A stretch of DNA of 64,000 nucleotides from Naegleria gruberi (lineage: Eukaryota). The notes beneath the pieces are model-generated. The model was not told where the DNA came from, ran no database searches, and was given only the letters and a program-made list of their open reading frames with translations. The stretch's first letter is position 1. Each line of letters begins with the position of its first letter. The stretch lies in the NCBI GenBank assembly GCA_000004985.1, contig GG738877.1, one strand, 5' to 3'. Made by a program: the position numbers and the translations under genes. Below are positions 21,046-33,709 of this stretch, piece after piece.

Positions 21046-22245
21046 TTATTTCAATTCTCTTCTTTTAATTTCTGCTTGAATAAGCTTGTTAACATAATAT
21101 TGGTCATCTCTTATGAAATCCAAGGCATAAGCGTTCACTATGAATGAATCCAAGTACACACTTTGATCAAGAGGCTCCATTGTATTTACACTTCTGAGAT
21201 CTACAATGCCTTTGAGTGGAAATTCAGCATAAACTGATACATTGTCATCAAAGAAGATCTGCATTACATCATTATCATTTTCATCAATGAGGAAAATCTT
21301 ACCAGAATGAGTATACATACTATTGGCACACCACCAATAGTAAAAGTCACGAATTAATCTACTCTCACCAGTCTTTGACTTTTCAACGATATTATTGTAA
21401 ATATCTTTGAAACCACTAATTACTTTTCTAGAACCAAGATTCAATTTTTCCACTGGAGTAAATGAAAGCATTCCATCAACAAATTCCAAATGATTTGGAA
21501 TGAAATATGCATTCGTAGGACTATTTCTATACACATGACCAACCATTTCATCCTTGTCAGCAAGGATTTGCTTATTTTGGAAAAATTCTTTTTGCAAATC
21601 TGTAAGAGAAAAATCAGGATGGCTACCAGCACAAAAACTGTTAAATTCCTCAATCACTGAATCGATATCCTCTTTGGAGCCAAAAGTTCTAATAATTAAT
21701 TGAAAATCTCTCCTTGTTTCACATAAATGAAGCATTAATTGGAAGAATGCAGGTATAATATTTACAAAATCCTTTTCAGTTGCATTATCTATTGTTACTC
21801 CTCTATCCATAGAGCTCTTTCTCAAAAGTAATTTCTTCAATTGTTCAAAATCTCTCTTAAATTCACTTCCCAACTTGGAATCCAAAAATGTTTTAATCTT
21901 TTCAGTTCTCATTTGTTTAATTATTGCATTATTCTTTTTACGTTCAATCATTGAAACAGACTCGTCATATTCTGGATACGGATGAACATCATATTCCAAA
22001 TAATCATAATAACTCTTAATATTTTCATCATTTCCATCATTATATTTAGATTTCAACTCTGGATCCAAAAGTTTAAATTGTTTATCTTCGGAAACAACAC
22101 CCCACACAGAGGACATGATAATTTGATTTAAAATATCATCCATAGATTTTCCGGCAGCTGCATCAGCAATGAGCATTGTTTTGTTGACATCAAAATGGAG
22201 AATTAATTGTTTGTGTTGGAGGGAAGAAGGAGCTTGTTGGGACAT
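21046..22245 (-). CDS. hypothetical protein with a weak HAD-like N-terminal signature (399 aa)
   Basis: ATG at 22245, single exon. LILHFDVNKTML resembles HAD motif I (hhhhDxDxT) but has N in place of the second Asp. No confident family assignment. Confidence 0.5.
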   Translation of the reverse strand: MSQQAPSSLQHKQLILHFDVNKTMLIADAAAGKSMDDILNQIIMSSVWGVVSEDKQFKLLDPELKSKYNDGNDENIKSYYDYLEYDVHPYPEYDESVSMIERKKNNAIIKQMRTEKIKTFLDSKLGSEFKRDFEQLKKLLLRKSSMDRGVTIDNATEKDFVNIIPAFFQLMLHLCETRRDFQLIIRTFGSKEDIDSVIEEFNSFCAGSHPDFSLTDLQKEFFQNKQILADKDEMVGHVYRNSPTNAYFIPNHLEFVDGMLSFTPVEKLNLGSRKVISGFKDIYNNIVEKSKTGESRLIRDFYYWWCANSMYTHSGKIFLIDENDNDVMQIFFDDNVSVYAEFPLKGIVDLRSVNTMEPLDQSVYLDSFIVNAYALDFIRDDQYYVNKLIQAEIKRRELK

Positions 22246-22276
22246 TTTTTTTGAATAATAAATAGATTACAACATT

Positions 22277-25200
22277 TTATTCTACATCATCACTATCTTC
22301 ATCATCGCTATCTTCCAAAAGGATTTGCAAGGCCTCTTCTTTGGCTCTATTCTTTCCTGAATTCATAAATCCAAAGAAATCATCATCTTGTTTCACTTTG
22401 GATGAACTTCTCTCAATTTCATAATCTTGGAGAGAGGTTGAATGGACTTTCATGATTTCATCCTTTTCAAAATCTGATAAATAAGTTAGTACAATTACAT
22501 CGCCATCACTGAGATTGATTCTTCTCATTAAGTGAACTGGTTTTTTGATTTCTCCATGTTCTTCGACTTTTTCTATTGGTTTATCCTCTTCTATTCTAAT
22601 GATTCTACTGTCACCAAAGCTGAATTTGGACACTATGAATTCAGATACTGATCCAGAAGTATCAGAAATTGAGAGAATTCCTGCTTTGAAAGTGTCTACA
22701 GTATCCCATGATGAAATTTGAGAAATATTTACAATCAACTCCTTAGCTTCCATATATTCAAAATTACTTTCTGACCCTCTCTCAACGATCTTTCTCAATC
22801 TTACAATGATATGAAGTGGTGGAGGAATAACAAGTTTCTTCTTCTTTGCCTTTGGATCAATAACCTCAGGAGCAGAGGACAGCTTTTCATAAACATCGAC
22901 ATCATTATCCGTTAGTATCTTTACGGCAATTACCTTAGTATCTCTCCATCTTAGCTTTCCAAGAGATTTGTTCAAGTGAATTTTATCAGAGTAAACCTTG
23001 GTCATTCTCTTGAAACCTCCAGTGAAAGTGCAATCTCTTATTTGAAGATATTTGATATTTTCTACACTCTTGAAAGCATCAAGAGTTTTGAGTAAATAAA
23101 TTTTCAAGAACTCCAAAGACCAACTTTCAGAAGCTGTTATATTGGTATGGTGATAAATTTGGTTTTCATTCTCATTCCTAAAATATGAAAAGTGTTAAAA
23201 AAGTTAATAATTGAAACGTACAATATTCTTGAGGAACAAGTTTTTGGTGGGAAGTTGTGAACCAAATTAACTTTGACATGTATTTGGTTATTCAAAGGAG
23301 GCTTTCCAATTTCAATATATATTGTCTTTTCATTTGTTTGTTCGATCAATAAGGTAGAGAGGAGAGTTTCTTCATCCTTTATAATTTCTCGAGGTCTTTG
23401 GTTATGACATCCCCTAAATCTGAAATTATAGACATTGTCATACTGCCAATTTTCCTTTTTGAACTTTTGGGATAGTTTAGATTTGCTACCAATATTAGCA
23501 GATAAATTATTTTGTACACTTACATTATTTTAAGAGATGCCTCTTGGTCAACCTTTAACTCGAACATGTTAAGATAGTTGAATATTGGGCGTTCAGTCGT
23601 TTCATCATAGCCAGTATTCTTGGCTTCAATTTCAATGAACTTGATATCGACCTCCTTTTCTATGGAAAGCTTGATAATAATCTCTATTCTTTCTCCATCA
23701 CCAATATCTAAATCAGAGAGACTCTTTGTAGAATCCTCGTTTTTAAAGAATTGCTTCTTTTGCTTTCTTAACATCACACATTCTTTAATCCAATTTTCAC
23801 CTCCATATTTATGCAATTCTGATACAATACAATGAGAAGAGAACATTTCATCGAGAATTTTCTTCTTGAGTTGTTCCAGAGTGAAATTCAAATCCACTCG
23901 TACAATTTTTTCTCTATCTCCAAACTTTACAATTACAATATCTTCACAATCTTCGTTGGTTAGAGCTGCCTTGACGTTATGCTTTTGTCTTTCCAACTCC
24001 TGATATAATTCCTCTATTATAGAGAATTCATTGAATTCAAATTCTAGCCCTATGGAATCAAAGCCATCCAAAAAGTTTAGCATTTTCTTGTTCATATCTG
24101 TTACAAATATTGGCTTTTTGTTCTTATATCTGAGGTATGCCTTTAAAGGAAGGTCATCAATATAACCCATTCTTATTTTGGCCTGTCTGATAACATCTCC
24201 AATTGACATATCTACTCGGTATTCAATATCGAAAATGTTAGAATCCGTAAGTGTTTCATACATGGCACAAGTGACAGTCAATTTTTCAGGTGTGCTAAGG
24301 TTGAATCTTGGATCTGATACTGAGTGATCTGATTGATCCTCACTAGGCAGAACCAAAAGATACAAATATTTTGACTCCTTATCGCAATATTTTCTGATCA
24401 CTAAATCATCATCGTCAGAGTTTTTAGGAAGCGTTTGGTCTGAAATGGAATAAACTTTTCCTTCCTTGTTGAGCACTCGGAGTGAGAATGTATCGCCAAG
24501 CTTATCACCAAACTTTTCTCTAGTGATTTGATAAAATTCATCTATGTTAGAATCGTAATGAAATTCGAAAGATCTATATAAATTCTTCAAGTCTGATAAG
24601 TTGATTGGTGCTAGATGATTCTTCTCCACGGAGAAAAAGTTTGGAAGATAAACTACAGCTGTTCCAGTATTTTCTCTAAGAGAGTCTGTTTGCCTCTTCA
24701 TGTCAACCTGTTGTTCCTGATATTCTCTCATTACTTTAATTCCTTCATTCTCCCTATCAATATCATCTTTGAAATAAGATGGTATTGGAAAATCAAACTT
24801 GGTATTTTCGAAATCCATTTCCTTTCGTTTGTAGACCAACATGTATGCAGAGGCTCCCTTTCCACCATAATACTTTGGAATTTCCTCCTTTGGATCGATT
24901 TCAAAAACTCTCTCATCATTAAACTCGAACCAATGAGTTTGTCCTTCGAACTCCATTGCAAATTTCTTCTTTTTCTTTTCATTAGAAGTGTCCTCCTCTT
25001 CCAATAATCCAGTTCTTCCCTCCATTAAATGATCATGAATTAAGGAATAGTAGTGTCCACTATATGGACTACCACTGTGTATAATTATACCTATTAATTC
25101 ATACTCCTCTGGTTCACCTGGGTACTCTTTATATGGTGACATGTCTAGTACTGATTCAAATTTGATTTCCTTTTTAATTTTAATTCTGGACTCGGTTTTG

Positions 25201-26349
25201 AAGTCATAATCAAATCTTGTCAAGCTAAAGAATATTATTGGTGGGATAGCTCTCAAAGATGTGTTTCTAAATGCAAGATCCACCTGCTTGTTACATTTAG
25301 AACATGAATATTTGTTGTTTCCTTCGAATCGTTCAACTTCAACAAATTTTTCAAGACTTTCTCTCAAAGTATTTTCTACAGTGATAGTAATATCGTAGAA
25401 ATCCTCTTTTACACAGCTTGTATTTCCACATTCATTGCAGACAATCTTATTTACAGACACTCCTGCAAAGGTGTTCTTAATAAAATTGTCAATTTTCATT
25501 TTGGACAATTTAGTTTCCAAAGCACTGAAAAATACTCTACTCAATTCTTGAATATCATGTTGTACAGAAACTTGCCTAGATCTCCATCCAAATGCATCCG
25601 TTAGCTCTGTAGTTTCAATTGAAGGTTTCTCAATAGCCATCATGTAAGAAAATAATTTTTGCATTACAAAGAGTAAATTAGGTTGTTTTTGAGCTTTCTT
25701 TTTCTTGACAATCCTCTTACTTGAAAGTTTTTCATCATCGACTGAACATGGAATGCACGTATTGTCAAACAATGATCCAATCACACCATCTCGAGGTGGT
25801 ATGAAATCTTGCATTGTTGATTGTCTTTCTTGTTCTTCAAAGAGCCACATGATCATGTTTTCCTGAGTTCTGGTGTTCACATCTGTTGATCCAAAGGTAG
25901 GTTCTACAAATTTATGAAAGCATCTATTAATTAGACTGATTTCAAAACCCATATCAATCAATTGGCCATAATACGGAAAATCAGCAAAATCAATAGTAAC
26001 ATCCTCATATTCAGAATCAGATTGTTTTCCACTAACTTTCTTATATTTTTCCAAATTTAAATTCAAAATATTTGATCTAAAATGTGGGATCATATACAAT
26101 ATCTGGATCAAAGAGTTCAAGTAGCATGTAGCACCTCTTCTCAAAATTAAATATTGATCATGAATGTAATAGTACATACTGATTTCTAAGCCCAACAAAA
26201 TTCGAAGCTTGTCTTTTTAATTGATCCATAGAAGTTGAAACTCTGTAGGACTGATTAACTCCTTCCGATTCACTTGATGATGCAACATGTTGTTCAAACT
26301 CATCCATACCTCCAGCACCTGCAAAAATATCACCAAACAATTCAGACAT
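22277..26349 (-). CDS. ubiquitin carboxyl-terminal hydrolase (USP family) with a long C-terminal extension; 4 exons, ~1294 aa
   Basis: Exons are complement(26180..26349), complement(23524..26139), complement(23222..23419) and complement(22277..23177). Introns are 40 nt (GTATGT..GAG), 104 nt (GTAAGT..TTCAG) and 44 nt (GTACGT..TTAG). ATG at 26349. The exon 1/2 junction creates the Cys-box VGLRNQRGATCYLNSLIQ. The His-box is GSPYSGHYYSLI. The apparent stop at 23520 is inside a GTAAGT donor. The two downstream exons have no in-frame ATG and are phase-consistent only with this splicing. Confidence 0.75.
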
Positions 26350-26870
26350 TTTTTCTATTGGTATTTTTAGATGTAATTTGCATGGAAAGTTGAACTTTGA
26401 TTCAATACTGAAATCACAAGTTACAACATTTGTTTGCCATGGGAGATGACTTTTTTTAATTATTCAATTCTTAATCCCAAAGTGACCTTATATGCATGCA
26501 TATGATTCATGCACAATATCGATGTAACATTCAGATTCTTCCTTAAGGACCACCTCACAATTGTAAGCCAATCAACATTGAGTCAAAGTGAATGTAACAT
26601 TGCATTATTTCCTCAACAAAAACCTCAAAAGCTCTTTTCCAAGGTGACTTGTATGACGTTGGCAAAAACATATTTACGGCGTTGAATTTTTATTTTCACA
26701 GGTTGCTTCAGTCCACAACCCTTCACAGCTAAAAGATAAACAAAAAAATTCCACGGGTTGCGTTCCAACAATTTTAATAGAGAGTCACTTCTTCTGATTT
26801 TTGCTTTTTGTTGATAATACCATTTGAACCCGAAGAGATTTTGACGAGTTGATTTTAATATCTGATCAAG

Positions 26871-29135
26871 ATGTTCGATATTGCTATTGCTAGTCATACA
26901 CTCGTAACAACATCTACACCCTATGTACTATATTGTATTGCTATAAAAGTTGATGATATTGCTGAATGGAGTTTGGAACGTCGTTACTCTCAATTGAGAG
27001 ATCTACACACAGAGTTGTCATATTACTATCAAAATTTACCAGATTTTCCACCAAAGGTTTGTTTATTGTTGTTAGATATTTGATGAACTGACATTTTATC
27101 ATCATTATTATGATTATAATAATAATATTATTATTGTTATTATTGATTTTATATACAGTATTGGAAAGGAAACTTTAAAGAACAAAAGATCTCTGAGAGA
27201 CAAACATTACTCAATCAATACTTTAAAACTCTTACAAGAAGAGATGATATTTTCAAACCGGGTATGATTCCTCTCTTTGTTCTTCAATTCTTCTCCTCTC
27301 CAACACCTGTAAAGGAGGCATACCAGAACACATCCATAGTCATTCGTAAAAGTAGTGAAAAGTTAATTCAAAACGTACTTGGAGAATCTGATAAATCAGC
27401 AGCCAGTCCTTCTAGTAGCAACAATAAGAAAGAAGGATCTTCTGGACCTAGAAAATCAGGTGCTTCCGACTTGGAATACGAAAAAGCTATCAATGATTGG
27501 AGTGTTGATGATGTCGCTTCTTGGATCCTTCTTCTCAATCATCAATATAACAGTAATAATTCAATTATTCAATCCAAATTCACAGAAGTTTTAAAAACTG
27601 AGTCAATCGATGGTAGCGTTTTAATTTATTTAACAACAAGAGATTTTGTCAAAATGGGTACTAGAATTAGTGTACAAACAACTCCTCAGGTGAATTCAGC
27701 TGTTTCAGATGCTTTTGCAAGTGTTATTATAGAAAATATTTTGCGAGTGAAAGAACAACAAACAGAATCTGGTCTCTACAGAATTGACAAGAGAGACGAA
27801 ATGAATGATGAAGATGAAGATTATGAAGATGATCGTACACCATCATACATGACAACAACAACAACTACAACAACTGCTCAAGCTAATGATGATTATGACG
27901 ATGACGATGATGATGATTTGAAGCAGGATTTAATTGGAACTGTTGTCACTGGTTCTACAACTTCAAGATCTGATACTACATCAATTAGTACACCTACTGG
28001 TCAAAGTTTTTCTGGTCGTATTTGTCCTGAATTTAACTTGGATAGTGAATTAACAAAGGAGGAACAAGAAAGTTACAGTTATTGTATGAAAAAGATTATG
28101 AATTTGAAAGATCCTGTACCAGAAAGTATTAGAAGAAGATTATGTCAAGATCTTGTTATTCCACAAAGATTCAAATTTAAATATTTGAATCCAAGTTCAA
28201 TTCCTCAAGAAGTTTTAATGATGAATAGTCGTAGAAAAGAAGGTCCATATCTTAAAATCAAGTTAATCATCACAGAATTAGGTGAAGGATTTACTCACCG
28301 TACAATCCGTAGATTGGGTTCTTTAGTTGGTCACAATGAAATCAAGAGTTCAGAGTTCGGTCTTTTCCACAGTTCACTCATTATTGGACCTGTACAATTA
28401 GAATGGACAGATAACTCTATTGTTGTTCCAAGAAAGGAGAAGAGTAGTTCAAAGGCTGTTTTTGCTGTTGATGTTTGTAAAATTAGAGGTCAAGAAAATC
28501 TCAATGATGTTTATGACAAATTAGCTCACTTTTGCACGTTTTGGAATGGCCATCGTCTCTACGTACAAAAAGATACAAATTGTCAACATTTTGTTGTTGA
28601 ACTTCTTAAAGCTATTGGTGTTTACAATCAATTTAAAAAGAATATTGAATCAACAATCTTAGGAAAGTACTTGAACAGACTGAGGGAATATGGTACATGT
28701 GAAATGTCTTATATCATTCCTGAACATTTAGCTCAAAGAATGTTAAAGGAATGTAAGGATGAAATTTCTTCACAGCTCAAACAACTCTTACAAACTTCTC
28801 TCAAAGGAAAGGAAATTATTTTCGATTCTCATTGTGTTCTCGATGAATATTATGAAACTGTTTTGAGGATAGAACCAACTTACTTTGATTTGGGTGATCA
28901 CAAGAAAGAAGAAGAACTTCTTAAGGCATACGATCGTGCTTTCTGGCTTAGACGTCAATCAACCAAAATGGCCAATGATCCAAGAGTTAAACCACTTCAT
29001 GATCCATGTCCATTTGATACAAATGGAGGTGCAAATACTGTTAAGGAAGGTGCTTTTTATCTTGGAGATTACGCACCAGAATATCCAGTACCAACAACTG
29101 TTCTCAATCAACTCAAACAACAACGAAGGAGGTAA
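26871..29135 (+). CDS. PX-domain protein with a C-terminal LRAT/PPPDE-like permuted papain-fold domain; 2 exons
   Basis: Exons are 26871..27056 and 27159..29135, with a 102-nt AT-rich intron GTTTGT..ACAG at phase 0. The PX domain spans the splice: YVLYCIAIKV...RRYSQLRDLHTELS...LPDFPPK|YWKGNFKEQKISERQTLLNQYFKTL. The C-terminal region has the H...C motif pair LFHSSLIIGPVQLEW ... NCQHFVVELLKAIG, resembling the NCEHF box of LRAT/PLAAT or the NCNHF box of PPPDE. Confidence 0.75.
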
Positions 29136-29231
29136 AAAACTTTGTAATTTATGTAAATTTATTGAGTTCTTCTTGTTTTAGTACTGGAAAGATCATATTA
29201 AAAATAGACCAATACAATTCAAACAAAAAAA

Positions 29232-30362
29232 ATGCAAATAGTAGTTGTCTTTGAAGATAGTGGTGATATTTTTAATTTTGATGTGGATCCCAAGTCGGAT
29301 AATGTTGAGAATTTGAAAGCACTTTGCGAGATTGAAACCAAAATACCAATTTTGCAACAGGAAATGTTCTATCAGAATTTCCCTCTCAAAGACGATAATT
29401 TATTGGAAAAGTATGCCATTTCAGAGTCTGACATTATTGTTTTAAAAAAGAAGGCTCCACCAAGACAATCCCATCCAACTCCACAATCTCATCAATCCAA
29501 TGTAAATAGAAATCAACCACAACTAGTCGGCACTAATAATGTTGTCACTGAACAACAATTGCTTGACATATTCGGTGGTATTAATCATACTCCTCAATTA
29601 ACCAGACAACAAGAACTTGAAAGAAGAATACAAAACAATCCATTCGATATTGAAGCACAAAAATTATTGGAAGAGGAAATTCAAAGAAAGGAAATTGAGG
29701 AAAATTATTTGCAAGCTCTTGAACATACTCCTGAAACCTTTTTTGCTGTTCATATGTTATATGTTCCAGCTAAAATTAATGGTCATGACCTTAAGGCTTT
29801 TGTCGATTCAGGTGCTCAAATGTCAATCATGTCAAAACAATGTGCTGAAAAGTGTGGATTAATGAGACTTCTAGATAAGAGATATAAGGGTGTTGCAAAA
29901 GGTGTTGGATCTTGTGAAATTATGGGAAGAATTCACTTGACTTTGATGATTCTTGGCAAAACAGCTCTTCCTGTTACAATTACAGTTTTAAATCAAACAG
30001 GAATGAGCTTTCTGTTGGGCTTAGATATGCTCAAAAGGCACCAAATGATGATTGATTTGAAGGATAACTGCTTACGTGTTGGTGATGAACAGATTAAATT
30101 CTTGCCTCAAAATGAATGTCCAAATGAAATGACTGATTTGGAGAGTCCAAAACCGACTTCTGCTGATATATCCAGACCGAATCCATTCGATATGACTCCT
30201 TCCAATTCTAACAATACAGAAAGAGAAATAGTCATAACACAATTGATGGAAACAATTGGAATAGATAGAGAAAGCGTAATGAGGGCATTGGAAATGGCAA
30301 AAGGTAATGCTGAAGTTGCAGCCTCAATTCTTTTTGACATGAAGGAAAGAATGCAAAAGTAA
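29232..30362 (+). CDS. DDI1: DNA-damage-inducible protein 1 (Ddi1): ubiquitin-like domain, retropepsin-like aspartyl protease and UBA
   Basis: ATG at 29232, 376 aa. The protease active site reads VDSGAQMSIMS. The C-terminal UBA is ...VMRALEMAKGNAEVAASILF. Confidence 0.85.
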   Translation: MQIVVVFEDSGDIFNFDVDPKSDNVENLKALCEIETKIPILQQEMFYQNFPLKDDNLLEKYAISESDIIVLKKKAPPRQSHPTPQSHQSNVNRNQPQLVGTNNVVTEQQLLDIFGGINHTPQLTRQQELERRIQNNPFDIEAQKLLEEEIQRKEIEENYLQALEHTPETFFAVHMLYVPAKINGHDLKAFVDSGAQMSIMSKQCAEKCGLMRLLDKRYKGVAKGVGSCEIMGRIHLTLMILGKTALPVTITVLNQTGMSFLLGLDMLKRHQMMIDLKDNCLRVGDEQIKFLPQNECPNEMTDLESPKPTSADISRPNPFDMTPSNSNNTEREIVITQLMETIGIDRESVMRALEMAKGNAEVAASILFDMKERMQK

Positions 30363-30404
30363 ATATTGTACATAAGCCTAGATTGTTTTATTGTATATTT
30401 ACAC

Positions 30405-33120
30405 TTAGATGTTCTTTACTTTCAGTGGAGCTCTTTCTTGATTATTGTTGCTTGGTTGTTGCAAATAGAGATTCTTATATTTTCTCAAATCCAAGTTCTC
30501 CTTTTCTAATTGTAAAATGTCTCTTGAATAAGTATTCTTAATTAATTCGTGGTTTTCTTCCTCCAATTCACGAATTCTCTTTTCCATCTCCACAAAATCT
30601 TCATTACATCTTCCTAACTCTGATTGTTGGGTTATTACTTGTTCGTGAAGCAGCTTGTTTTGAGCTGTCAACTTTTCAATCATGTCTGACATGGCAGTAA
30701 ACTTTTCTTGCTGTTGGAGCTCTTGAGGTCTTGCAATACTTCTCTTTTCGTTTAGCATTACTTCATATGTTTCCTTAGATCTCTTCAGAATCAAGTTGGA
30801 AGCCTCTAATTGTTCAACCTTGTCCTTCATACCTTTCATATCTTCAACTGTAAGTTTGAGATGATCATTTTGCTTGAGAAGAGTTTCAATTGTAACTTCA
30901 TTTGAGAGTCTCTTGGCTTCACTCTTTTCCAAACTAGATTTTAAGAGATCAATCTCTGCAGTCAAATTATGAATACGTTCGTTGAGCTCTGATGTGTCAG
31001 ATACTGAGACTGCTGGTCTTGAGGACAGATAATCATTAACACTTTCCAGTTCTGTAATTGTCTTCTTCAAATTTTGATTATTTCTTTCTAGGTGATCAAT
31101 CTTTTGGGATTGAGTAGTAAGCAACGAGTTTAACCTTGTATTAGCTTCTGTGAGTTCAGAATTACGAGTTTGCTCATTGAGGAGGTTCGACCCAACAATT
31201 TGTAACTCTGCTTCCTTTTGTTTGAGAGTAACAATTTGACCTTCATAAATATTAATTTGTGATTGCTTTTCTTGGTTGTCTCTGATTGCTCTTTGAAGTT
31301 GGTCTTGTAGTTGATCGAGTTCAGCAGCAAAAGACTTGGTTTGCTCTTCACGTTCTTCCAAAGAACGGATAGCAGCATGTAATTGAAGAGTGGCTTCCTC
31401 CAACTTGCAAGAAATATTTTCACAAAAAGCTGACTTTTCTTTGAGTTCTGATTCCACTGCTTCACAATGTTGTCTTCCACTGTTGAGTTCTTCACTCAAA
31501 TGATTAATATCAGATTGCTTGTTATCAATTTCTGACATTAATTGCTTATTGTGAGCATCTAATTGGTCAAGAGCAGACTCTAACATCTTTGTGTGGTTTG
31601 TAGCAGATTGGTATTCTTGAATAAATGCAGATAAGTGAGCTTGTTTTTCTTCATTTTCTCTTGTGAGTGTTTCATTAATTTCTCTATACTTTTCAGAAGC
31701 TTCTCTTTCTCTTTCGAATGAATTTTTCACTTCTTCAAGCTCATTTGTCATTCTTTCCAAGTCTTTGAGCAACTTTTGTTGATTCAAAATCTTTTCTTGA
31801 TGTCCCTCAAGCTTGACATTCTTTTTCTTCAATTCTTTGAGCTCCTTATCAAGGACTTGTTGAGTCTTTTGGAGATCTGATTTCTCTTGAGTGATTTTCT
31901 TACACTTCTCTTCAATCTTTGCATACTTCTTCTTCATATCAGCTATTTCAACAGCAAGTGGATTCTTTTTCTTTTCCTTCTCAAGTAAATTCTTTTGCTT
32001 CAAGATATCTTGATTGGTATTGTTAATTTGATTAATAACATCTCTGAGGTAGTTATTTTCATTTTGGAGTTCGCCCAAAACACTATCTCTTTCAAGAATA
32101 CCTTGTTCCAAGAAGAATAACTGTTCTTGGAATTGCATGAGTTGTTGTTGAGCTCTGATTTCAGAAGGGTCAGTGGAAGAATGGGATGAATGAGTGGAAG
32201 TGTTTAACAATTGATTTTGATCTGAAATAACACTGGAATTAGATGTTGGTGTGACAGTAGGGGTAACCTTTTGTGTAGGTTGCTTTGGAATGTTTGGTTT
32301 CTTTCTCAGTTTTGAATTATCAGCATTGTTAGTTGAGTTAACCATAGATGTATTTGGTTTAATTGCTGGAGCAGTAATATTCGAAAGGGTGGATTGACTA
32401 ACAGAAGCTCTTCTAGAAATACTCTTTCTAGAAGCCAAGCTTAATCTGTTTGATGAAGCACCAGAGGATGTTGTGGAGGAAGATGATTGGGAAAGTCTTG
32501 ACGAATTCATATTAGTGGACGAAACAAATGATTTCTTATCATTCAAAGTGTTAAATTTTCTCTTCTTTGCCACTTGTTCTTCTTCATAGGAAGAGGAGGA
32601 AACAAGCAATGGATTTGGCGAATGTGGATAAAAAAAGTTTTGAGCATCATTAAACCCATCTCCCACCGAATTGTGTTGAAAGGCAAGTTGTTGTGGTTGC
32701 ATCATCATTTGATAGTTGTTGTTGTTGTTGTGGTTGTTGTGGTTGCTGATGATGATAATTACTCGAATCAGAAACAGCATCGAATATATTATCAGATAAG
32801 GGATGATGAAGGGAGGAAGGCATTGGTGTGGAGACATATTCTTGATATTCTTGTTGATGGTCTACTTCTTCTCTAGCCACCTGTTGTTGTTGTTGTTGTT
32901 CATTGTTATTATTATTCATCATCATTTGTTGTTGCATCATCATTACATATTGTTGATGTTGTGCTTCGATTGTGGAGGCAGCAGATGGAGGCGAATCAAA
33001 TACTGAGGCCGGATCGATATTGTGGAGGATGGGTGTTGTTTCTTCTCCTTGTGATGAGAGGCATGGGCTTATCACAAAGTCATTGTCTGCTGCAGGGGAT
33101 GTTGTTTGATGTTGTTGCAT
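30405..33120 (-). CDS. long coiled-coil protein with a Q/N-rich N-terminus; the reading frame is interrupted once inside a CAA/AAC repeat (probable indel)
   Basis: ATG at 33120 (MQQHQTTSPAADN). The sensible frame runs to about 32700 (..SDSSNYHHQQPQQPQQQQQ). It then shifts by 1 nt into the frame of the 810-aa ORF 30405..32837 (..YQMMMQPQQLAFQHNSVGDGF.. then about 600 aa of heptad-rich coiled coil). No phase-compatible intron is available; the only GT..AG candidate is 17 nt and gives the wrong frame. Confidence 0.55.
32708..32746. repeat. imperfect (GTT/CAA)n trinucleotide microsatellite inside the coiled-coil gene
   Basis: The plus strand reads gttgttgttgttgttgtggttgttgtggttg. This is the site of the frame discontinuity in the coiled-coil gene. 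Confidence 0.7.
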
Positions 33121-33709
33121 TTTTTTTGTTTAATTTTTTTTTAACGAACCAAGTTGGCGGGAAACTTTTTTAACTGTCATCAAACGCCAATCTGTTAACA
33201 GCTTAATGTACAGCATGTAATGATTGTAAGAATCAATTCTCAATGTCATCTAAGTTGATGTTTATTAATTAATGAGATGGCAATAGTAAAAGTTATCCTT
33301 TTTTTTCCACCAAAAAGCGAGGGATATCTTTATTCGTTCTTTGGTTTTAAATAGCACTTCACCAGAACTACGATACTTTGAATTTATTTGATTTACTTTC
33401 ACCAGTTTGATTTCAAGTTTCAACCTCCTGAAAGATTCCAGTTTTTTGAAAGAAGGTCCTTGTTCTAATTTTAAACAACAACATCGAAACATTGAGGAAA
33501 AGATTGATACAAAAAGAACCCTGTTCCAACTGTTCCAATTCATTATCGAAAATGAAACAAACAATATCCAGTTTTCAATGGCATTTGAAGTTTTGTCACT
33601 GCAGAGTGACGTATGACTTGTTATTCGTTGAGACAATGCGAATAATTGTCCTGACCTAGCTTCTGTTAAACACAAACTAAAAAAAATATCATCATACGAA
33701 TCACACAAA

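Noticed and set aside
26625-26897. 90-aa minus-strand ORF in the USP/PX divergent promoter
   Set aside because: It overlaps the PX gene start codon region. It has no domain, and its start is ambiguous.
32655-32672. 17-nt GTAATT...CAG candidate mini-intron to repair the coiled-coil gene frame
   Set aside because: It is shorter than any other intron in the window (the minimum is about 37 nt) and splices into the wrong frame (immediate TGA). An indel in the CAA repeat is more parsimonious.
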